DNA from: an archaeon GW2011_AR10
GTDB lineage: Archaea; Iainarchaeota; Iainarchaeia; Iainarchaeales; GW2011-AR10
Assembly (NCBI GenBank): GCA_000830275.1
Contig: CP010424.1
Coordinates: 450,001-482,000 of the forward strand
Length of the DNA: 32,000 bases
Reading direction: 5' to 3'
Shown here: positions 8,263 through 14,743 of the stretch, in pieces
Layout of the letters: the number at the start of each line of letters is the position of its first letter
Numbering within the stretch: position 1 is the stretch's first letter
Translations under genes and position numbers: made by a program
Notes under the pieces: model-generated
Seen by the model: only the letters and a program-made list of their open reading frames with translations
The model's database searches: none
Told to the model about the DNA's origin: nothing

Positions 8263-8406
8263 TTACCATTTCAGCTGGTGCAATTCGCTGCCGCAGCCGT
8301 CGCAGGTCATAAAACCCTTCTTGGATTTGAATGATTTGTGGCCCATTTTGAATGTATGGCATTCATTGCAAACACCGTAAATCATATCTGAAGCTTTCAT
8401 GTCCAT
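8263..8406 (-). CDS. 47-aa zinc-ribbon protein, below the ORF-track length cutoff
   Basis: Hand translation: MDMKASDMIYGVCNECHTFKMGHKSFKSKKGFMTCDGCGSELHQLKW*. It has the pattern CxxC-x18-CxxC. GGAGGT lies 6 nt upstream of the ATG (8413-8418 on the plus strand). Confidence 0.5.
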   Translation of the reverse strand: MDMKASDMIYGVCNECHTFKMGHKSFKSKKGFMTCDGCGSELHQLKW

Positions 8407-8686
8407 AATCTAACCTCCTTAACATTGAAACATTTTATTATTGGCAATAACAACCCAGAACAAGAATATAAATACTTATTTTTTAGCTTTTCAACTGCAG
8501 CTTGAACCGAAAAATTAATAGGGGGTTCTGCCTCTGCGGAAAAATCCCGGGCTGTAAAAAGGATTAAATACTTGGAGGGGCACTTTATGTATGGGCGTGG
8601 CAGCTTTGTTGTTGTGGCGGCTAACCACTGATTCTAGCAAAAAAGCATGATTCTGCACTATCCAAGTGAAGAACGGAGGCTTTTTC

Positions 8687-9061
8687 ATGAATGAAAAAAC
8701 TATTGTGCTTGAATTAAGGGAAGGTGAAGACATCCTTGATGCGGTTAGGGAGGCATCAAAACAGTATTCCATCAATTTCGGGTTTTTTGTTGAAGCAGAC
8801 GGCACCCTGAAGGACTGTGAACTGGTTTACAATGAACCAAAGCGCGGAATAGTGAAAACCGCTTTCAGGGACACGTTCAAAATAACTGCAATAAGCGGCC
8901 AAATACAAAAAGAAAAAGACGGTTCAATAAACCCACTAATGAATGTTGCATTGCTTGGTTCCAGAACAGGCTCAAAGTCAGGACTGCTGGTCGGCGGGAA
9001 AGCATCGAAAGCACTCAAAATAAGGCTCAGAAAAGTCGACCTCGCGAAAATAATTAAGTAG
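8687..9061 (+). CDS. PPC/DUF296-like domain protein
   Basis: KITAISGQI...DGSINPLMNVALLG...GLLVGG resembles the PPC (DUF296) core. ATG at 8687 is preceded by GGAGG (8675-8679). The ORF-track start at 8666 is a GTG. Confidence 0.55.
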   Translation: MNEKTIVLELREGEDILDAVREASKQYSINFGFFVEADGTLKDCELVYNEPKRGIVKTAFRDTFKITAISGQIQKEKDGSINPLMNVALLGSRTGSKSGLLVGGKASKALKIRLRKVDLAKIIK

Positions 9062-9088
9062 GGGAGAACACAAGGCTTCCCTGCTCTA

Positions 9089-9222
9089 TAGCAAACAGCT
9101 TTAATTTTTGAACATCTAATTTGCTGTTTGCTAGTTGCAAAATGCAATTTTTTTTCAAATACACGGGCATTTTGCTCTACTTCCCCATTAACGCGTTTAA
9201 TGGTTTGTTAATAATGGGAAGT
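9089..9222. repeat. Array of three long-stem hairpins (locus A); the first belongs to a module repeated at 23257-23315
   Basis: H1: 9089-9099 pairs with 9123-9133 (11 bp, 23-nt loop). H2: 9137-9145 pairs with 9167-9175 (9 bp, 21-nt loop). H3: 9179-9190 pairs with 9212-9222 (11 bp with one bulged C). Three-nt spacers separate the hairpins. A T8 run lies at 9148-9155. Confidence 0.8.
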
Positions 9223-9369
9223 GAACATGAGAGGAGGTTTGGACCTAAAAAAAGAGGGCTTTTAATACCCTTCGTACAGAAGTATAGAATTGATTATTCC
9301 TCAAAAAAAGCGTTTTTCTTTGAAAAACTAATTTTTTTTGGAGTAACGAGAAAAAAAAGGAGAGGTAGT

Positions 9370-9546
9370 ATGGGATTCAGGGACAACAGGTTTGGTGGCC
9401 CAAGGCAAATGTTTGACGCCGTTTGTTCTGACTGCGGGCAGGACACTCAGGTTCCGTTCAAGCCAACCGAGGGAAGACCTGTCTATTGCAGGGACTGCTA
9501 CGCAAAGCACGCCCCCCCAAGAAGCAGAGACCGAGGAAATTACTGA
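9370..9546 (+). CDS. CxxC-x17-CxxC zinc-binding small protein
   Basis: MGFRDNRFGGPRQMFDAVCSDCGQDTQVPFKPTEGRPVYCRDCY... has exactly 17 residues between the Cys pairs and the VPFxP...RPVYCxxC pattern. GGAGAGG lies upstream of the ATG at 9370. The 9121 extension is implausible. Confidence 0.7.
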   Translation: MGFRDNRFGGPRQMFDAVCSDCGQDTQVPFKPTEGRPVYCRDCYAKHAPPRSRDRGNY

Positions 9547-9593
9547 AACAGTGCGCTAATTCAAGAAACAATTTAGGAATCGCATTTCACGAC

Positions 9594-9628
9594 TGACAGG
9601 CTAGAAGCCTGTCACACCTATTTTTTTT
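9594..9628 (+). terminator. Hairpin plus T8 tract downstream of the CxxC gene
   Basis: tgacaggct (9594-9602) pairs with agcctgtca (9606-9614), giving a 9-bp stem and 3-nt loop. A T8 run follows at 9621-9628. Confidence 0.5.
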
Positions 9629-9721
9629 AGAAGAAAAACAATTAGTCAAAATGTTTAGGAATCGCTTGACTTTAAGAGCAAGTGCCACTTTTAGAGCAAA
9701 GCCCCGCAACCAAAAGAAAAA

Positions 9722-10273
9722 CTACTTTCTGTTAGCTTTCCCAGATGGCTTTTTCTTAAAGCCGCCACCGTGAAGAAATGTTTCCTCTGGTTGGAGCCGG
9801 TCATCAAAGCCTTCCCTGACGCCTTTTTTCAGCTTCTCCAAGAGCTTCATCTCTACCTCTGGCGCGCGCCAATAGTGCTCGAAGCCCTCTCCCCTTTCTC
9901 GCCAATACTCGGCAGTCTGCCCTCTTCTTTTCCAGTACTCAGAGGGCGTCTCTCCAATCCTGAGTTCTAGCCTCACCTTTGCCCTTTCAGTAATCACCCG
10001 CCGCTGGCCAAGACTGTGTTCCACGGCAAACCTTTCTACTGCAACATGATGTTTTCTGTAAGAAGCCAGCTTTACACCAAAAACACCAGCGGCAATCATA
10101 GCCGCTATGCCCACAGTTGCCCCAAACTTCTTCAGGGAACTCCAACCCTGAACCCTCTTTGAAGAACGCCCTTTGTCAGAACCCAATAAGCCCCTTCTCC
10201 TTAAAACCATGAAAAGAATAAGCACTCCTAGAATAAAAATCTTTTCAATTAATTGAAAAACTTGAAAAGTCAT
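9722..10273 (-). CDS. Hypothetical membrane protein with two predicted TM segments
   Basis: ATG start. Two hydrophobic helices. The C-terminal part has three EYW/HYW-xxRG-like repeats (EYWKRRG, EYWRERG, EHYWRAP). Confidence 0.55.
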   Translation of the reverse strand: MTFQVFQLIEKIFILGVLILFMVLRRRGLLGSDKGRSSKRVQGWSSLKKFGATVGIAAMIAAGVFGVKLASYRKHHVAVERFAVEHSLGQRRVITERAKVRLELRIGETPSEYWKRRGQTAEYWRERGEGFEHYWRAPEVEMKLLEKLKKGVREGFDDRLQPEETFLHGGGFKKKPSGKANRK

Positions 10274-10390
10274 AGTTCTTCAAAAATAAGGCTCATTTAA
10301 CTCCAAGGCCTGCGCTGCAGGGCTTTGCACAAAAAGAGGCGGATTTAAAGGCAGCTTGAACACAAAGTAGTCTCCTCGCAAACAACTAAA

Positions 10391-10420
10391 GCTTTAAATA
10401 TGTAGGTGTATATTATATAC
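10391..10420 (+). promoter_or_regulatory. TATA-like box plus palindromic candidate operator upstream of the toxin-antitoxin pair
   Basis: gctttaaatatg (10391-10402) is followed by gtatat-t-atatac (10408-10420), an inverted repeat of perfect 6-nt arms. Both lie about 27-55 nt upstream of the ATG at 10447. Confidence 0.4.
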
Positions 10421-10446
10421 ATATGAAATGTATGTGGGGTGCATAA

Positions 10447-10698
10447 ATGGTTGATGCCAGGGTTGAGTTAAGCAAATATTCAAACAAGGTTTTGACTGTT
10501 GTTAAGGCAAAATATGATCTAAAAGACAAAAGTCAGGCGATAAACAAATTCATCGAAACTTACGGCGATAATGAGGTGGAGCATGAGGTAAAGGATAGTT
10601 ATGTGAAAAAACTTTTAGAAATAGAGGAAAAACATTTCAAAAAATACGGATTTAGAAAAATGAGTGATAAAAAGCTTGATAGGTTATTTGGAAAGTGA
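10447..10698 (+). CDS. Putative antitoxin (small DNA-binding protein paired with RelE)
   Basis: 83 aa. The N-terminal VELSKYSNKVLTVVKAKYDLKDKSQAINKFIE looks like a strand-helix DNA-binding module. Its stop overlaps the downstream RelE-like ORF. Confidence 0.6.
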   Translation: MVDARVELSKYSNKVLTVVKAKYDLKDKSQAINKFIETYGDNEVEHEVKDSYVKKLLEIEEKHFKKYGFRKMSDKKLDRLFGK

Positions 10699-10985
10699 AA
10701 TCAATGCCTTTTAACTATGATTTCACTAATAAACTCAAAGACATAATACAAAAATTACGAAAAAAGGACCCAAAAAGGGCAGAAATAATTTACAAAAAAG
10801 TAAAACAAATAATTAACTCAGACGAAACAGAAATGGAACATTATAAAAATCTAAGACAGGATATGAAAGACCAGAAAAGAGTTCACATCGACAAAAGCTT
10901 TGTATTAACATTCAAATACTTCAAAGAAAAAAAATACATTTTATTCCAAGATTTTGACCACCACGACAACATTTACAAAAAATGA
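10695..10985 (+). CDS. RelE/ParE-superfamily toxin
   Basis: YKNLRQDMKDQKRVHIDKSFVLTFKY...ILFQDFDHHDNIYKK matches the archaeal RelE/StbE pattern (YRxRxGDYRxxY...GHRxxxY). Candidate starts are GTG 10695, which overlaps the antitoxin stop, or ATG 10704. Confidence 0.7.
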   Translation: MKSMPFNYDFTNKLKDIIQKLRKKDPKRAEIIYKKVKQIINSDETEMEHYKNLRQDMKDQKRVHIDKSFVLTFKYFKEKKYILFQDFDHHDNIYKK

Positions 10986-11061
10986 GCCATAGTAAAAGAC
11001 AGAATCACAGGGGAAATGCGCCTTAATTACTTTTAAATATGCTTTTCTCAGTTCTTGAAAT

Positions 11062-11712
11062 ATGCCCTACAAGTTTTCTCCGTCAAGTCTTGCATTGCTG
11101 AAGGAATGCCCCCATTGCTTTTGGCTTCAATTTAATAAAGGCATTAAAAGGCCTGACGGTGCTTTTCCTTCGCTTCCCTCTGGAATGGACAGAGTGCTAA
11201 AAAAGCATTTTGATTCGTTCAGGGACAGGGAAATGCTTCCGCCAGAGTTAAATGAATTGAAAGGGTATAAGCTGTTTGAGGACGCTGAATTGCTTGAAGA
11301 ATGGAGAAACAACCGCAAAGGAATCCAATGGGAAGACGAAGAAGGCAACATCTTGAAGGGGGCAGTTGATAACATTCTCCTGAAAGGGGATAAACTTGTA
11401 GTTTTGGATTACAAAACAAGGGGTTATCCGCTAAAGGAAGATACTGCAGACCACTACCAAGACCAGCTTGACATCTACAATTTTTTGCTAAGAAAAAACG
11501 GCTTTGCAACAGAAAACTATGCTTACCTGCTTTTTTACATTCCAAATAAAGTCAATGCAAAGGGAGATGTGATTTTTGATGCTGAACTCGTGAAAAGAAC
11601 TATCAATGTTGACAATGCCTCTTACATTTTCAACAAGGCATTAAAAACTTTAAGTGGAAATGCTCCAAACCCAAACACAAACTGCGGATTCTGCCAATGG
11701 AAACAACACTGA
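11062..11712 (+). CDS. PD-(D/E)XK nuclease, Cas4-like, with four Cys (probable Fe-S or metal site)
   Basis: Motifs VLDYKT (D..D/ExK) and QLDIY (QxxxY). Cys pairs are C16-x2-C19 at the N-terminus and CGFC at the C-terminus. A TATA-like cttttaaatat lies about 25 nt upstream of the ATG. Confidence 0.7.
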   Translation: MPYKFSPSSLALLKECPHCFWLQFNKGIKRPDGAFPSLPSGMDRVLKKHFDSFRDREMLPPELNELKGYKLFEDAELLEEWRNNRKGIQWEDEEGNILKGAVDNILLKGDKLVVLDYKTRGYPLKEDTADHYQDQLDIYNFLLRKNGFATENYAYLLFYIPNKVNAKGDVIFDAELVKRTINVDNASYIFNKALKTLSGNAPNPNTNCGFCQWKQH

Positions 11713-11761
11713 ACCACTAAACTTAAGAAATTCTAAAAAGTTGTCTACATAAATTTTAACC

Positions 11762-11801
11762 GAAACCCTTTTTATATAGGTTTTTAAACCTTTTTAAAGG
11801 C
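11762..11801 (+). promoter_or_regulatory. Two tandem TATA-like elements upstream of tbp
   Basis: gaaaccctttttatatagg (11762-11780) and taaacctttttaaaggc (11785-11801). They share the aaacc(c)ttttta core about 23 nt apart. The GTG start is at 11848. Confidence 0.4.
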
Positions 11802-11847
11802 TTTTTAGTGTAGGGTATTAGTTTACTCTGTTTTTTGGGGTGGTTGA

Positions 11848-12495
11848 GTGGTTAAGTACACGATTGTGAATTTGGTTGCTTCAGCTAATTTGAATGCAAC
11901 TCTGGACTTGTATAATCTTGCAATAACGATTCCGAACATTGAGTACGAGCCGGAGCAATTCCCTGGAGCAATCCTGAAGCTGAAGGAGCCAAAGGTTTCA
12001 ATGCTCTTGTTCAAGAACGGGAAAGTTATTTGCAGCGGGGCAAGCAATGAAAAGGACATTTCGTTGGCTGTTTTTAAGGCAAGCAAGCTTATACACGAAA
12101 TTCAGAAAAGCGTGAAAATACAGAAGAATGCAGACTACACTGTTGTAAACCTTGTGGCAACGGCAAACCTCAACATGACTCTTGACTTGTTCAAGACTGC
12201 AATGAACTTAGACAACGTTGAGTACGAGCCGGAACAATTCCCTGGAGCAATTTTAAGGATACACGAGCCAAAGCTGACTCTGCTGTTGTTCAAGAACGGC
12301 AAGCTTATTTGTGCTGGAGCAAAAAAAGAGGAGTTCCTGAAAAAAGGCTTAAGGAAAGCTGGAACGCTTATTAGGTCAGTCAACAAGGAAGCGAAAAAGG
12401 CAAAACCTGAAAAGCCTAAAACCCCGAAAAAACAGAAAGAAAAGCCTGCAGCAACAGGAAAAACCGCGAAAGACGACCAAAAGAAGAAAAAGTAA
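11848..12495 (+). CDS. tbp: TATA-box binding protein with a C-terminal Lys-rich extension
   Basis: Two TBP repeats, each with NLVAS/NLVAT, EYEPEQFPGAIL and LLFKNGK. A stop lies immediately upstream, and the first ATG would fall inside repeat 1, so the GTG at 11848 must be the start. Confidence 0.95.
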   Translation: MVKYTIVNLVASANLNATLDLYNLAITIPNIEYEPEQFPGAILKLKEPKVSMLLFKNGKVICSGASNEKDISLAVFKASKLIHEIQKSVKIQKNADYTVVNLVATANLNMTLDLFKTAMNLDNVEYEPEQFPGAILRIHEPKLTLLLFKNGKLICAGAKKEEFLKKGLRKAGTLIRSVNKEAKKAKPEKPKTPKKQKEKPAATGKTAKDDQKKKK

Positions 12496-12527
12496 CCCTT
12501 AAAAAAGTAATTTTCCTTAATTATTAC

Positions 12528-12645
12528 TGATTAGCGACCACAGTGGCAGGGAAACACCTGGTCTCATCTCGAACCCAGAAGTTAAGCCTGCTACGATTAA
12601 GTTCGCGCTGGGTTTTTACTTGGAGCGGCTGGTTGTTGCTAATCA
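12528..12645 (+). rRNA. 5S ribosomal RNA, not linked to 16S/23S in this window
   Basis: ...gcgaccacagtggcagggaaacacctggtctcatctcgaacccagaagttaagcctgctacg... matches the conserved 5S core. The terminal helix pairs tgattagc with gctaatca. A T-run follows at 12654-12661. Ends are uncertain by about 3 nt. Confidence 0.85.
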
Positions 12646-12657
12646 CTTGAAACTTTT

Positions 12658-12756
12658 TTTTAAGAAAAGGTTTATCAAAATGCAGCTTCGCAAAAACCTT
12701 TTAAGAAAAGGTTTATCAAAACGCAGCTTCGCAAAAACCTTTTAAGAAAAGGCTTT
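12658..12756. repeat. 41-nt tandem direct repeat (2.4 copies) with palindromic unit junctions
   Basis: The unit ttttaagaaaaggtttatcaaaaYgcagcttcgcaaaaacc occurs at 12658-12698 and 12699-12739 with one mismatch. A partial third copy follows. The junction forms aaacctttt-aag-aaaaggttt, a 9-bp stem. Confidence 0.9.
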
Positions 12757-12782
12757 GCCGTAAAACAAAAAGCTTAGCCACA

Positions 12783-13493
12783 CTATCTTTTTCTTTTTCT
12801 AGGCTGGGAAGGCTTTACTCTGCCTTCAAGGAAAAAGTATTGGTAGAGCACGGCAGCCGCAAGCGCTCCAAGGATTGGGCCAATCCAGTAAACCAAGTGC
12901 TGTATGGGAAAGTACTGGCTTGCAATTGCAGGGCCGAACGCACGTGCAGGATTCAATGCTCCCCCTGTAAAAGCGCCGCCAATTAGCACGCCGAAAGCAA
13001 GGGTTAATCCTGCAGCAAGGCCGCTTAACTCTGAAATGCCGCGCCTGTCAACTGAAACACCGAAAATAACGAAGACAAGGAAAAAGGTCAGCACTGCTTC
13101 AAGCAGAACGCCCTGAGAGAACGAAACTCCTTCAGCCAAATCGGTTGCACCAAGGTTGATTACTGCTGGAACGTGGGGGAAAGCAGCGAGAAGCGCTAAT
13201 CCAGCCAGAGAAGCGCCAATCAACTGGAAAATAATATAGTAAATGCCGGTTTTCAAAGGAAGCTTTCTTGTTGCAACAAACGCAAGCGTTACAGCAGGAT
13301 TAATGTGCGCTCCTGAAACATTTCCAACAGCGTAAATCATTGCCAAAAGCACTAAACCGTGGGCTAAAGCAATTCCAAGAATGCCTAGGCCGCCATCAGT
13401 TAAGGCATTTGCAATTACTGCACCTGCTCCAATGAATACTAGGGCAAATGTTCCAATAAGTTCAGCAGCATAGCGCTGGACTTGCTCATCCAC
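12783..13493 (-). CDS. Aquaporin / MIP-family channel
   Basis: Two NPA boxes (HINPAVT, LNPARA) and six hydrophobic segments. Starts at GTG 13493; there is no usable ATG. A ttttatataag TATA-like box lies about 30 nt upstream. Confidence 0.9.
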   Translation of the reverse strand: MDEQVQRYAAELIGTFALVFIGAGAVIANALTDGGLGILGIALAHGLVLLAMIYAVGNVSGAHINPAVTLAFVATRKLPLKTGIYYIIFQLIGASLAGLALLAAFPHVPAVINLGATDLAEGVSFSQGVLLEAVLTFFLVFVIFGVSVDRRGISELSGLAAGLTLAFGVLIGGAFTGGALNPARAFGPAIASQYFPIQHLVYWIGPILGALAAAVLYQYFFLEGRVKPSQPRKRKR

Positions 13494-13688
13494 AAAAACA
13501 CCTGTTAGAACATACGCTAAACTTATATAAAAGCGTTATTCCAGCAAATTAAAGCAGTTGAAACCAAAAAATAGAAATGCAAAAACACAAATTAAAACAG
13601 TTTTACAGCTTTTGAGTTGAACGCAAACCATTAAAAAGAAGAGGGCAGTAAAGGTATCTTACGTGAAACCGTCTTCATGTGATAATGT

Positions 13689-13931
13689 ATGCCAAAATTT
13701 CAGATAATCCACAAGCATGACCTATGCATTGGATGCGGAGCGTGCGCTGCAATCGAGCCAAAGCACTGGGTAATGGATGGAGACAAGGCCCACCTTATTA
13801 ATTCAAAGGCGAAGGAAGGCACTCCTGATGGCAAAATAGAGGAAAAAGAAGTTTTGGAGCTGGATGGAAACCAAGAAGCAGCTGATGCCTGCCCTGTGCC
13901 GTGCATTTTCGTGAAAAAAATCGGGGATTAG
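13689..13931 (+). CDS. Small ferredoxin-like protein with a single Fe-S cluster motif
   Basis: CIGCGAC...C(P)VPC arrangement (CxxCxxC ... CP). Confidence 0.7.
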   Translation: MPKFQIIHKHDLCIGCGACAAIEPKHWVMDGDKAHLINSKAKEGTPDGKIEEKEVLELDGNQEAADACPVPCIFVKKIGD

Positions 13932-13992
13932 CCTCAACTTTTGCCCTGTTATCTTTAAATTCTTTTAACCCTTTATTCTCTAAGGTGAAAAT

Positions 13993-14730
13993 TTGCCGGT
14001 TCAGGAGTTCAATGCACGGCTTCTTGAAATGAAGGACTACACCAATGAAGGGGAACTCATAGTTAGGGTAATGAAATTTTCAACTGAGAAAGCAAAGGAC
14101 TTCTCTTACAAGCCAGGGCAGTTCGTGATGATTTCAGTTGACAATGTGATGTCCCCAACTGACCAAACCAAGTTAAAGCAAAGCGCGATGAGCATTGCTT
14201 CAGCGCCGCACGAAAAAGGATACATTGAGTTGTGCATCAAGATGCATGACAAGCCAGGCGTAAGCAAGTACATCAAAGACAAGGTAAAGGCCGGGGGTGA
14301 AATAACTGTGAAAGGGCCTTTCGGGGTTTTTGGCTTGGTGGAATCGCAGGAGCAGGCAGTGTTTGTTTCAACCGGCACAGGAATTGCACCACTAATGAGC
14401 ATGGCAAGGCATTTAGTGAACGCAAAGTTCAGTAAGCCGGTAAAGTTTTTTTACGGGTGCAGGAGAAAAGAAAACTTTTTGTACGGCAAAGAGCTGCAGC
14501 AGTTCGCTAAAAGCATGAAGAACTTTGAGCTGAACGTTATTTGTTCAAGGGAAAATTTTAATGGAAGGCAAGGGCACGTCCAGGAATTATTGAAAGGATA
14601 CAAGTTCAAGGGAAACATTGGCGGAACGCATGCTTATGTCTGCGGCAACCCGCAGGCGGTTGAAGAAATAATTTCAGCGCTTAAAGAAACTGGCTTGAAA
14701 GCCGAAAACATCCACAAAGAACAATGGTGA
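13993..14730 (+). CDS. FAD/NAD(P)-binding oxidoreductase, ferredoxin-NADP reductase family
   Basis: Motifs GQFVMISV, AMSIASAP (the RxYS-type FAD site), VSTGTGIAPLMSM and YVCGNPQAV. TTG start with AAGGTGA 6 nt upstream; alternative ATG at 14029. Confidence 0.8.
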   Translation: MPVQEFNARLLEMKDYTNEGELIVRVMKFSTEKAKDFSYKPGQFVMISVDNVMSPTDQTKLKQSAMSIASAPHEKGYIELCIKMHDKPGVSKYIKDKVKAGGEITVKGPFGVFGLVESQEQAVFVSTGTGIAPLMSMARHLVNAKFSKPVKFFYGCRRKENFLYGKELQQFAKSMKNFELNVICSRENFNGRQGHVQELLKGYKFKGNIGGTHAYVCGNPQAVEEIISALKETGLKAENIHKEQW

Positions 14731-14743
14731 ATTAACATTTTAG

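Noticed and set aside
8521-8560. The G-string gggggttc and nearby AT-rich DNA as an ORB/mini-ORB replication origin.
   Set aside because: There is a single occurrence only, with no inverted ORB pair, no flanking orc1/cdc6 gene and no clear unwinding element.
12658-12756. The 41-nt tandem repeat as a possible CRISPR array.
   Set aside because: The units abut directly with no spacers. There are only 2.4 copies and no cas genes, so this is a plain tandem repeat.
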